Positions 9,425 to 19,467 of a stretch of 20,000 nucleotides of DNA are shown piece after piece (position 1 is the stretch's first letter; every line of letters begins with the position of its first letter). The DNA is from Chiloscyllium plagiosum. Lineage: Eukaryota. The notes beneath the pieces are model-generated. The model was given only the letters and a program-made list of their open reading frames with translations, was not told the origin of the DNA and searched no databases. The DNA is taken from the NCBI RefSeq assembly GCF_004010195.1, contig NC_057718.1, positions 73,409,088-73,429,087 on the forward strand. Direction: 5' to 3'. The position numbers and the translations under genes are program-made.

Positions 9425-10282
9425 TATTATGGACCAGACTTGACCCTCTCAAAATATTTTAAGCAGATAGCCTCAACCCTAACTTTTTCTTCATGTGAAG
9501 TGCATGTTCCAGATGTGATGTGACTGGTCAAACCACTCAACATTCAGCAGAACACAGTTTATTTAAACACTATAGTTAAAATGCAAAAAAAAGGAATTTA
9601 GAATGATTAACTATTGAAAAACCTAACCAAATAATAGATATAGTAGCTATTACTAATTATCGGTTTCAATATAGTAACATTGCATAAACACACCCCTTGG
9701 CAAAAGGTAAATTCGGATGCAGATTACATACAGTTCTCTAATCCAGGAAGAAACAACATCAAGGGAGATTTCAGAGTATGTAGCAGCTAGGAATCATTCA
9801 CTGAAGCTTCCAACCCTTCTGGGACCCCAGACAGCTTCTGACTGCTCCAGCTAAAATAAATCTCGAAAGCCTGGTCTGTGAGAATTGTGTTGAGAGTGTG
9901 GTTTTGGAAAAGCACAGCAGGTCAGGCAGCATCTGAGGAGCAGGAGATTCGACATTTTGGACAAGAACCCTTCATCAGGAATCAAATTCCTGGAGAAAGG
10001 CTCTTGCCCGAACCTCGATTCTCCTGCTCTTCAGATACTGCTTGACCTGCCGTGCTTTTCCAGCACCACACTCTTGACTCTGAACTCCAGCATTTGCAGT
10101 CCCCACTTTCTCCCTGTGAGAATTGGCCACCCCTCTTGCATTGTTACAACTGTTTAAAAAAACCCAAATGCCTCATAAATTGTTGACTTAGGTCATCTGC
10201 GGTTCGGCATCTCTGCCTTTACAGCCTCACTTCAAAAAAATCCAGAACAAAATAACCTTTTCAAAGTGACAGCATCGTTACA
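9425..10282 (-). mobile_element. Solo LTR (gypsy-type, family different from the 10768 element), ~620 bp without the nested insert
   Basis: Termini are T(A)TTATG... and ...CGTTACA (TGTAACG start on the minus strand). Flanks AGGA (9421-9424) and ATGA (10283-10286) form a 3/4-matching TSD. AATAAA lies on the minus strand at 9563-9558. There is no coding sequence. Confidence 0.6.
9888..10113. mobile_element. PLE-derived head-to-head inverted repeat with degenerate hammerhead motifs, nested in the solo LTR
   Basis: It has a perfect 12-bp TSD, CTGTGAGAATTG, at 9876-9887 and 10114-10125. The arms are ~9893-9982 and 9986-10074 around a CAA spacer (roughly 80% identical). The minus arm reads ATTC-CTGATGA-A-GGGT-TCTT-GTCC-AAAATGTC-GAAT and the plus arm ATTC-CTGGAGA-A-AGGC-TCTT-GCCC-GAACCTC-GATT. 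Confidence 0.82.
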
Positions 10283-10489
10283 ATGAATTTTGTTATATTT
10301 ACAGTTCTTAATCTTTTGTGTTACCGAATAAAAGTCTCATTATCCATTTGATTGTGTGTTTGGTGTCTTTCAAATAAATGCCCATTGCATGTCCTATTGA
10401 CCATTAGGTTAAAAGCAGTGGTCAGTGAGATAGTACATGAACATCACATTGCTGTGAAGTTAGATAGCTCTTAAGACTTTTATCAGGTA

Positions 10490-10616
10490 ATAAAAGAAAA
10501 ATATTGCGAATGCTGCAATTTTGATATAGTAACAGAAAATACTGGAGAAACTCATCAGGTCTGGCAGCAGAGTTACCATTTCAAGTTTGATATAACTCTT
10601 CTTCAGAGTTTCTGAA
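10490..10616 (-). mobile_element. Older PLE-like remnant with degenerate hammerhead motif
   Basis: The minus strand reads CTGAAGA(10606-10600)-A-GAGTT-ATATCA-AACTT-GAAATGGT, then GCTGCCAGACCTGATGAGTTTCTCCAG, similar to GCTGCCTGACCTGCTGTGCTTTTCCA in the 9888 element. A small inversion, TTCAGA-GTT-TCTGAA, lies at its 5' end. Confidence 0.6.
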
Positions 10617-10767
10617 TGTTGTGCAGTGAAGTTTCTCATGGTTGTCTCTCATGATAATCTCTCATGACAAGGTTGAGAGAAATCACTTTCAATCTTCCTT
10701 CATCAGTAATCCTTCAGTGTTTCAGACAGTAAATTGCACAGAAATGCTTGAATATTATCTAGGGTAG

Positions 10768-11535
10768 TGTTATGAAATTGAAGATGTGTAGTGTACCTTT
10801 AAAAGAGAGTGAATGCAGTTTTACACTGAGATCTTACAAGCACCTGTCATACAACTAGCTAGCAGTCTCAGACTGTACTTGAAAATTGAAAATATGTAAC
10901 ATTTGGTTGTGAAACAAAAACCTGAGGTTTGGTTGCTGTTTTCATAACAATTTGAATTTAACCAATCAGTTTAAATTATACCCCAGCATACTAAAACCCA
11001 ATGATGTTTGAATTTATTGTTTTTTCCAACCTCGAACCAATGAGACAATCCAATGTTTGGGGTATAAAGAAGCAGGCATGTTGAAAGTTAGGCAGAGAGT
11101 AACTGCCATCTTGAGAGAGATTGCCATTCAACACACTCTATAAAAGGTACACTTTTCACATGAAACATCTTTGCAGTAAAGAGTAGAAGACTACCCAGGA
11201 AAATCTTCAGCTGAAAGAAGGAGGACACCATAGATGACTGCAGCTGTGTGGTTTTGAAATTAAATTGATGTAATTTTATATGGGTTGTTATTGGGACAGT
11301 ATATTACTAAAGCGTTGGAGGCAGATAACAAGCAGTAAAGGGAAAGGAGGCTTAGAGTTGTAAATAGTTGTTGTTTCATATTCACTTTTAGAGTTAAAGA
11401 ATAAATTGATATTTATTCTTTAAATAGTGGAATTTGAGAGTTACTCTGTCACTCATACATCAACAGATTTCAAGGTGAGGTGAGGTTGTTTGGGTGTTTT
11501 TAATTAGCCGAGGGGTTCATTGCCATGTCGTAACA
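10768..11535 (+). repeat. 5' LTR (768 bp)
   Basis: It starts TGTTATGAAATTG and ends GTCGTAACA (TGTTA..TAACA terminal inverted repeat), and is a direct repeat of 18699-19467. Confidence 0.95.
10960..11070 (+). promoter_or_regulatory. Putative LTR U3 promoter (CCAAT boxes plus TATA box)
   Basis: There are several CCAAT motifs (AACCAATCAG, CCCAATGA, AACCAATGAG, TCCAATG) followed by TATAAA at 11063-11068, and TATAAA is also kept in the 3' LTR. AATAAA lies at 11400-11405. Confidence 0.55.
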
Positions 11536-11538
11536 GTT

Positions 11539-11565
11539 TGGAGGCTTCAGTTCATGATTTGGACA
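11539..11565 (+). other. Degenerate primer-binding site, most similar to the tRNA-Pro complement
   Basis: TGGAGGCTTCAGTTCATGATTTGGAC lies 3 nt after the 5' LTR; the complement of the tRNA-Pro 3' end is TGGGGGCTCGTCCGGGATTTGAAC. Confidence 0.55.
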
Positions 11566-11733
11566 GTTTTAGAAATATCCAGCCTGAGATTTTGACAGAT
11601 TTGCATAGATTTTGAGTATGAAAGATTCTAGTAGATCTAAACACTTCCGATTAGTGTCCTAAATCTTTAAATAAAACATAGGTATTTGTTTAATTTTGGT
11701 TACTTGTGGTTGGTTAAATTAAAAGTGAGTGAA

Positions 11734-12910
11734 ATGGTGCTTACGATTGCTAAAGAGGTTCTGGGGTTTGAAGTTGATTGCCAAATTTTCCAAGAAAGCT
11801 TAGAAAGACAGAAGAAAGCCATAGTTTCAGAATTGGGTCTAACCAAGGACAAAAGTAAAGCTGAAATTTTAAGGGTGTTAGTCAAGCACTTAGATGTGTC
11901 AGAGAAACAGACAAGTGCAGCAGAATTTGAAAACTTAAATTATAATTGAGGAAAATAGAGTTAGAAGATAAAGATAGGGAGGGGGAGAAAGAAAGAGAGA
12001 GAAGGCTGTTAGCTGAGAAAAGAGACAGGGAAGAAAGAGAAAAAGAAAGGGAGAGAGAATTTGAACTTCAGAAGTTGTGAGTTAGTCAGAAAGATCAAGT
12101 TAACAGGATAGAGAAGAAGAGAGAAAGTAGTGATATATACAAATATGTTAAAACATTGCCACATTTTGATGAGAAAGATGTTGCAACCTTCTTTATTTCA
12201 TTTGAAAAATGGCTAGGCAGATGGAATTGTCAGAGAGCTTGTGGTAATGCTAGAAAAGACTAAGTTGGTAGGCAGAGCTAGTGAGGCCATACTGTCAGAT
12301 GAGGGGCCAAGAGATTATGAAGAGGTCAAACAGGCTATATTGAATTGGTACCAGAGGCATATTGATAGCGGTTCAGAAACACGAAAAAGGAACCAGGTCA
12401 GACTTACGTTGAGTTCAAAAGAATTAAGCATAGTCATTTTGATAGATGGGCATGGGCCTTAAAAGTAGATAAGACCCATGAGGCTCTAAGAGAGACTATT
12501 CTCCTGGAGGAGTTTAAAACTCACGTCCAGAGATGGTAAGAATTCATGTGGATGAACAAGAAAGTTCAAGAAGTGAGAAGAGCGGCAGAGATGGCAGATG
12601 AATATACATTGGTGCATAAGGCAAAGTTTAGCTTCTGGCAAGAATTTCATCCTGTGAGGAATAGAAATTGGGAGAAGGGGAGATCCTACACTACAAAACA
12701 AAGAGTAAAGCACACTGCTAATAGTTTACCACAGATTAAGAAAGAAGCCTAAGAGGCTGGAAAGGAGGTGAAAAGCCTTAGGTGTTTTCACTGTAATGAT
12801 GTTGGACACAGAAAATTACAGTGCCATTGGTTTGAGAAGGGCACTGGGAAAAGGTGTTTTCAATGCCAGAAAGTGGGACACGTAAAGGCACAGTGCTGGT
12901 CATTAAAGAA
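11734..12910 (+). pseudogene. gag: gag (N-terminal helical region, E/R-rich coiled coil, capsid with SCAN-like region, two CCHC zinc knuckles); disrupted
   Basis: ATG at 11734 (MVLTIAKE...), followed by LPHFDEKDVATFFISFEK, PEAY**RFR...DRW...LRETILLEEF and AAEMADEY. The knuckles are CFHCNDVGHRKLQC (12783-12824) and CFQCQKVGHVKAQC (12855-12896). Confidence 0.88.
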
Positions 12911-13059
12911 AGGCATTGTGGGAAAAGATGTGGTAAAATAATCTAAGTCAGTGGCATTAGTGAAAGTAGTAAAGGATACCCCAAGAAGAGCTGAGGAGCT
13001 GCAGGAGAGTGCACAGCCTGGGCAGGGGCTGGGTATGGGAATTAGTGCCTGATCTCAAT

Positions 13060-13360
13060 AAAGATATCACCACTGTGAGTTAAGTTTACTCAGAAAGAAC
13101 AGGGGAGATGGGCAAGAAGTTATAATTTTGAGAGATACAGGATCTAATCAGTCACTAATAGAAGGAGATGAACGTATTTGCACTCTTTCTGACCTGTTAC
13201 CCAAGCAAGTGGCAATTTGTAGAATAGATGGACAGAAATTTAGCATTCCTGTCTGTAAGATCAGGTTGAAGTGCCAAATCAAAACTGGGGAAGTAACTGT
13301 GGGAGTGATTAACAGAGTGTCAGTTCTAGGAATACAGTTTCGTTCTTGGGAATGATCCAA
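13060..13360 (+). pseudogene. Aspartic protease domain of pol
   Basis: IILRDTGSNQSLI with DTG at 13134-13142, and a C-terminal GIQF/LGND-like motif across a frameshift near 13330-13357. Confidence 0.85.
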
Positions 13361-13773
13361 GGTGGGAGTGAAACCCCTTGTTGTAGAGAAGCCAAAGGAA
13401 GACCAGGGAACTGGGGAGTTAAAGGAATAATACTTTGGACGTTTTCCAGACTGTCGAGTAACTAGATCCCACTATCATAAGTCACAGCACGAAACAAAAA
13501 CTAAAGAGAAAGATGAAGGAGTGGAGGTTCAGTTAGTGGACACCCTGCTTGATGTAATAGTGCAGTAAAAATCTGATCAGGCAGAGGATCAGGCAGAAGT
13601 GTTTAGTTCTGAAAGACGAATGGACTTACAACAGAAAGACAAGACAATAAAAGATATATATCTTGATGCATACTCAGAAAAGGACTCAGCATATGTTCCT
13701 GAAGGTTATTTTCTTAAAGATAGAATCCTGAGATGAAAATGGAGACCATGGCTGGTTAGTGCAGTGGAGAAAT

Positions 13774-14093
13774 GGGCAGCACAGTGGCTCAGTGGTTAGC
13801 ACTGCTGCCTTACAGCACCAGGATCCCAGGTTTGATTCCAGCTTTGGGTGACTGTCTGTGTGGAGTTTGCACATTCTCCCTGTGTCTGCGTGGCTTTCCC
13901 CTGGATGCTCCGGTTTCCTCCCACAGTCCAAAGATGTGCAGGTCAGATGAATTGGCCAGGCTAAATTGCCCATAATGTTAGATGCATTAGTCAGAAGGAA
14001 GTAGGTCTGGGTGGGTTACTCTTCGGAGGATCGGTGTGGACTGGTTGGTCTGAAGGGCTTGTTTCCTCACTGTAAGGAATCTAATCTAATCTA
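13774..14093 (+). mobile_element. tRNA-derived V-SINE (HE1-like), near full length, nested in integrase
   Basis: A-box TGGCTCAGTGG (13785-13795), B-box GGTTTGATTCC (13829-13839), V-domain-like CTGTGTGGAGTTTGCACATTCTCCC...CTCCGGTTTCCTCCCACA, a CR1-like 3' end and an (AATCT)n tail. Confidence 0.92.
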
Positions 14094-14812
14094 AGTATAT
14101 CAGACTGTGTTGCCAGACAGGAAGTGTTATGGGTGGCGCATGAACTATCAGTAGGAGGTCACCTAGGTGTGAGGAAGACTCAGGCTAAGGTACAAAAACA
14201 TTTCTATTGGCTTGAAATGAGCAAGCATGTGGTTAACTTTTGCCATTCATGTCATATATGCCAAATGATAAGTAAGCCACAGGCAGTGGTAAAACCAGTA
14301 CCATTGTTGCCAATTCCCACATTTGAAGAACCTTTCACGCAGCTTATGATTGATAGTTTAGGTCCCCTCTCTAAAACTAAAAGTGGAAACCAATGCTTGC
14401 TAACCATAATGGATGTGTCTACCAGATTTCCAGAGGTAGTTCCATTATGGAGCATTAATGCTAAAAGGATGGTAGAGGAATTAGTAGCTTTCTTCACTTG
14501 GTACATGCTATCCAGAGAGATTCAATCATACAAAAGTCTAATTTTACTGTGAGGGTGTTTAAGAAAGTCATGGAAAGCTTAGGCATATGGTACTTTAAAT
14601 CAAGTGTGCATCACCCTGAATCCCAGGGAGTTTTGGAAGGCATCAGACTATGAAGACCATGTCAGGATTATCCAAATGATTGGGATAAAGTTATCCCATT
14701 CATATTGTTTGCCATGAGAGATGCCCTAAATGAATCTACTCAATTTACTCCCTTTGAGTTAATACTCGGGCATGAAGTGAGAGGCCCTTTGAAATTAATT
14801 TTTAAAAAGTGG

Positions 14813-16796
14813 TAGAGAATGCTGGATGGCGAGAGAAATTGAGGGTTAGGTTAAGAAAAAGAAGGAATCATATGTCAGCTATAGATAGGATAGATCGAGT
14901 GAATCCTTAGAAGAGTATAAAGGCAGTAGGAGTATACTTAGGAGGAAATCAGGATGGCAAAAAGGGGACATGAGATAGCTTTGGAAAATAGGGCTAAGGA
15001 GAATCCAAAACGTTTATACAAATACATTAAGGACAAAAGGGGAATTAGGGAGAGAATAGGGCCCCTCAAAGATCAGCAAGGCAGCCTTTGTGTGGAGCTG
15101 CAAGAGATGGGGAAGACACTAAATGAGTATTTTGCAGCAGTGTTTATGGGAGAGAAGGGCATGGAAGATATAGAATGTGGGGAAATAGATGGTGACATCT
15201 TGAAAAATGTCCATATTACAGAGGAGGCAGTGCTGGATGTCTTGTAAAGTATAAAAGTGGAGAAATCCCCAGGTCCTGATCAGGTGTACCCCAGAACTCT
15301 GTGGGAGCTAAGGAATTCATTGCTAGGCATCTTGCTGAGATATTTTTATCATTGATAGTCACAGGTGAGGTGCCAGAAGGCTGGAGGTTGGTTAACGTGG
15401 TGCCACTGTTTAAGAAGGGTGGTAAGAACAAGCCTATAGACAAGTGAGCCTGATGTCAGTGGTGGGCAAGTTGTTGGAGGGAATCCTGACGGACAGGATT
15501 TATATGTATTTGGAAAGGCAAGGACTGATTAGGGATAGTCAACATGGCTCTGTGTGTGGGAAATCATGTCTCATGAATGTATTGAGTTTTTTGAAGAAGT
15601 AACAAAAAGGATTGATGATAGCAGAGGGGTAGACGTGATCTATATGGACTTCAGTAAGGCGTTCATCAAGGTTCCCCATGGGAGATTGATTAGCAAGGTT
15701 AGATCTCATGGAATACAGGGAGAACTAGACATTTGATACAGAACTGACTTGAAGGTAGAAGATGGAGGGTTGTTTTTCAGACTGGAGGCCCGTGACCAGT
15801 GGAGTGCCACAAGGATCGGTGCTGGGTCCATTACTTTTCGTCATTTTTCTAAATGATTTGGACATGAACATAAGAAGTATGGTTAGTAAGTTTGCAGATA
15901 TCACCAAAATTGGAGGTGTGGTGGACAGTGAAGAAGGTTACCTCAGATTACAATGGGATCTTGACCAGATGGGCCAATGGGTTGAGGGGTTTAAATTAGA
16001 TAAATGTGTGGAGTTGCATTTTGGGAAAGCAAATCTTAGCAGGACTTATACACTTCATGGTAAGTTCCTAGGTAGTGCTGCTGAACAAAGAGACTTTGGA
16101 GTGCAGGTTCATAGCTCCTTGAAAGTAAAGTTGCAAGTAGATAGGAAAGTGCGGAAAGCATTTGGTATGCTTTCCATTATTGGTCACAGTATTGCGTATA
16201 GGAGCTGGGAGGGCATGTTGCAGCTGTACAGGATGTTGGTTAAGCCACATTTGGAATACTGCATCCAAATCTGGTCTCCTTCCTATTGAAAGAATATTGT
16301 GAAACTTGAAAGGGTTCAGAAAATATTTACAAGGATGTTGTCAGGGTTGGAGGATTTGAGCTATAGGGAGAGATTCAATAGGCTGAGGCTGTTTTCCCTG
16401 AAGCATCAGGGGCTGAGGAGTGGCCTTATAGAAGTTTATAAAATCATGAGGGGCATGGATAGGGTAAATAGAGAACATCCTTTCCCTGGGGTGGGGAGTC
16501 CAGAACGCGAGGGCATGGGTTTAAGGTGAGAGGGGAAAGATATAAAAGACCTCAGAGGCAATTATTTTAAGCAGAGGGTGGTGCATGTATGGAATGAGCT
16601 CCAGAGGAAGTGGTGGGGGCTAGTAAAGTTGCAACATTTAAAAGGCATTTGGATGGGTACATGAATAGGAGGGGTTTGGAGGGATATGGGCCAGGTGATG
16701 GCAAGTGGGACTAGATTGAGTTGGGATATCTGGTCAGCATGGATGAGTTGGACCAAAGGGTCTGTTTCATGCTGTACATCTGTATGACTCTATGAC
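14813..16796 (+). mobile_element. 5'-truncated CR1 LINE (ORF2 RT plus 3' UTR), nested in integrase
   Basis: KSPGPDQVYPRTL, YMDFSKAF.KVPH, SGVPQGSVLGP, KFADITKIGG, LEYCIQIWSP and LERVQKIFTRML, with tail CTGTATGACTCTATGAC. Integrase sequence stops at ...LKLIFKKW and resumes with ...DYVLEVRERL. Confidence 0.95.
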
Positions 16797-17269
16797 CGAA
16801 GTTGGAGATCTCTGGATTATGTATTGGAGGTGAGGGAGAGATTAAATCATTTAGATGAGTTAGCTAAACAGACCTGAAGAGGGCACAAGATAGAATGAAG
16901 CAGGTGGCAGATAAAAACTCTGAAATTCGGATGTTTTCCCATGGGGATTAATATTAGTTTTGTTAGCAGTGATAGGAGATCCCTTCAAAGACAGGTTTAG
17001 AGGTCCATATCAAATTGAGAAAAGGTTGAGTCTGGTAGAGATGCTGGATAGAAAAAAATTACATCGAGTATGTCATGTGAATATGCTGAAACATTGTTAT
17101 AATAGAGAGAAGGAACTGGAGAAACAGGTGTTAGTTACTGTCCCGCAGAAAGAGGAATCAAATCTAGATGCCGTGGAGTTTGATGTACCTCAAAATACAT
17201 TAAACAATGAGGAAGCAGGATAGGTTAGTGAACTACCTGCCTCAGCAGCAAAGAAACCAGTTAAAATGA

Positions 17270-18516
17270 TTGTTGCAGCAGTATGAGGACATATGCAGGA
17301 ATAAGATTGGGAGGACTAATGCTGTTGTGCATGAGATAGAAGTAGGGAATGCTGGCCCAATTAAACAACACTCCTATAGGCTTAATCCTTTCAATGCCAC
17401 ACAGGTCCAGAAGGAAGTGCATGCAATGCTCAACGAAGGTATCATCAAACTGAGTCAGAATGTCAATGCCATAACAAAATCATGCTCATACCCAATACCA
17501 AGATTGAAGGACTGTACAGAGAAAGTCGGACAAGCCAGTTATATCACAAAGTTGGATTTACTGCGTGGTTGTTGGCAGGTACCTTTATCAGAGAAAGCGA
17601 AAGAGGTTTCTGCATTTGTAACTCCAAATGGGCTATATCAATTCAAAGTAATGCCTTTTGGACTGAAGAACACACCAGCCACTTCCAAAGATTCATGAAC
17701 AGAGTTGTGGCTGGATTAACAAACTGTGCAGTTTATCTGGATGATGTAGTTATCTTTAGTGAGTCATGGAAAGATCACATGCTACAGTTGGTAGAGTTTT
17801 TTTGAATGATTAAAAGAAGCAAAACTGGTAATAAATTTAAAGAAAACAGAATTCATGAAGGTAGAGGTGACATTCTTGGGTCATAACATCAGTCATGGAA
17901 GGTTGACCTCAAGGATTACGAAGACGAAGGACATCGAGAAATTTCCACAACCAACCTCAAAGAAAGAACTGCTTCAGTTTTTGGGACTCACTGGATTCTA
18001 CCGGAAGTTTATTCCAAACTTCAGCAACATAGTAGTACCACTGACAGATTTACTGAAAAAGAACACACAATTTCAGTGGACAGAGCAATGCCAGGAGGCA
18101 TTTAACAATTTAAAACCAGTATTAACCACTGCACAAGTTTTAGCTACACAATATTTTTTGAAACCCTTTCATCAATGTTAGCAGGAGTTGGAGCTCTCCT
18201 GCTACAGGAAGGTGATGATGGAATTGAACAGCCAATTGGCTACTTTTCAAAGAAACTCAATACCCACCAGATAAAGTAATCTACCATCAAAAATGAATTG
18301 TTCTTGTCGGTACTGGCCTTACATCATTTTAATGTTTATGTGACGAACAATGTGTCAGAGACACATGGATCATAATCGTCTTACATTCTTGGAATGATTT
18401 GAAGACAAGATTATGTGATATTTCATTCAATTCCTATGTTACAGACTTTTAATTTGCAAATTGTACATGTTGCGGGTCCTAATAGTGTAATAGCAGATGG
18501 GTTACCGTGGATTTAA
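17270..18516 (+). pseudogene. Gypsy-type reverse transcriptase and RNase H of pol; disrupted
   Basis: PIKQHSYRL, YPIPRL, KLDLLRGCWQVPL, AFVTPNGLYQFKVMPFGLKN, YLDD (17734-17745), FLGH, FLGLTGFYRKFIPNF, GVGALLLQ, PIGYFSKKL, DHN and VIADGL, with the stop TAA at 18514-18516. Confidence 0.93.
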
Positions 18517-18550
18517 CAGTTAAAGTGTAGATAAGATTGAGTAGATATTA

Positions 18551-18579
18551 ATGTGTGTGTATATGTGTGTGTGTATATG
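18551..18579. repeat. Compound (TG)n/(TA) microsatellite in the retrotransposon 3' untranslated region
   Basis: ATGTGTGTGTATATGTGTGTGTGTATATG. Confidence 0.8.
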
Positions 18580-18688
18580 CAGTAATTAATATGAAATAAG
18601 ATTAATATCCTATGTATAGCATTGTAATGGGATTAAGAATGAGAAAAAAATGAAGCTATCTTTTCGTTATGAATGTTCCTTTTTTCTT

Positions 18689-18697
18689 AAAGGGGAG
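18689..18697 (+). other. Polypurine tract preceded by a T-rich box
   Basis: TTTTTTCTT-AAAGGGGAG-C lies immediately before the TG of the 3' LTR. Confidence 0.8.
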
Positions 18698-18698
18698 C

Positions 18699-19467
18699 TG
18701 TTATGAAGTTGAAGGTGTGTACTGTACCTTTAAGAGAGAATGAATGCAGTTTTGCATTGAGAGCTTACAAGCACCTGTCATATAACTAGCTAGCAGTCTC
18801 AGAGTATACTGGAAAATTGAAAATATGTAACATTTGGCTGTGAAACAAAGACTTGAGTTTTGGTTGCAGTTTTCACAACAATTTGAATTTAACCAACCAG
18901 TTTAACTATGTCCCAGGATACTAAAACCCAATCAAGCTTGAATTTATTGTTTTTACCAACCTCGAACCAATGAGACAATTCGATATTTGGAGTATAAATA
19001 AGCAGACATTTTGAAAGTTAGATGAGAGTAACTGTCATTTAGAGAGAGACCATCCTTCAAAACATGTCTATCAAAGGTACATTTTTCACATGAAACATCT
19101 TTGCAATAAAATGCAGAAGACAACCCAGGGAAATCTTCAGCTGAAAGAATGAGGACACCATAACTGACAGCCACTGTGTGGTTTTGAAATTAAATTGATG
19201 TAATTTTAATATGGGCTGTTATTGGAACAGTATTTGTTATAGAGTTGGAGGCAGATAACAAGCAGTAAAGGGAAAGGAGGTTTAGAGTTGTAAATAGTTA
19301 TTGTTTCATGTTCATTTTTAGAGTTAAAGAATAAATTGATATTTATTCTTTAAATAGTGGAATTTGGGAGTTCTCTGTCACTCATATGTTAACAGACTTT
19401 GTGATGAGGTAAGCTTTTATGAGTGTTTGGTTTCATTAACAGAAGGGTTCATTGCCGTGTTGAAACA
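18699..19467 (+). repeat. 3' LTR (769 bp)
   Basis: It starts TGTTATGAAGTTG and ends GTGTTGAAACA, with about 9 mismatches to the 5' LTR in the first ~100 bp (by eye). Confidence 0.95.

Larger units (their letters stand above)
13700..17105 (+). pseudogene. Integrase domain of pol (HHCC, DDE core, GPY/F), split by SINE and CR1 insertions
   Basis: AHELSVGGHLGVRKT...FYW...CHSCHICQ; MIDSLGPL; MDVSTRFPE; IQSY (second Asp mutated, TAC at 14529); HPESQGVLE; TPFELILGHEVRGPL. After the CR1 come FRGPYQI and HVNMLK. Confidence 0.92.
10768..19467 (+). mobile_element. Structurally complete, inactivated Gmr1-like Ty3/gypsy LTR retrotransposon (gag-PR-IN-RT-RH)
   Basis: Paired LTRs, TSD GTAG (10764-10767)/ATAG (19468-19471), PBS, PPT and all pol domains are present, with integrase upstream of a gypsy-type RT. 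It spans 8700 bp, or ~6.4 kb without the two nested inserts. Confidence 0.95.

Noticed and set aside
11955..12130. Purine-rich stretch as an independent simple repeat
   Set aside because: It is explained as the E/R/K-rich coiled-coil coding region of gag.
13774..13850. tRNA gene
   Set aside because: The A and B boxes belong to the tRNA-derived head of a SINE, which continues into a V-domain and LINE-like tail.
14124..18181. Domesticated integrase/RT gene or an active element
   Set aside because: It has multiple stops and frameshifts, a catalytic Asp>Tyr change, an RT deletion and two nested insertions.
18517..18698. env or extra ORF, or chromodomain, in the LTR element
   Set aside because: Only ~170 bp of AT-rich sequence with a microsatellite lies between the RNase H stop and the PPT, and no chromodomain was recognised after GPY/F.
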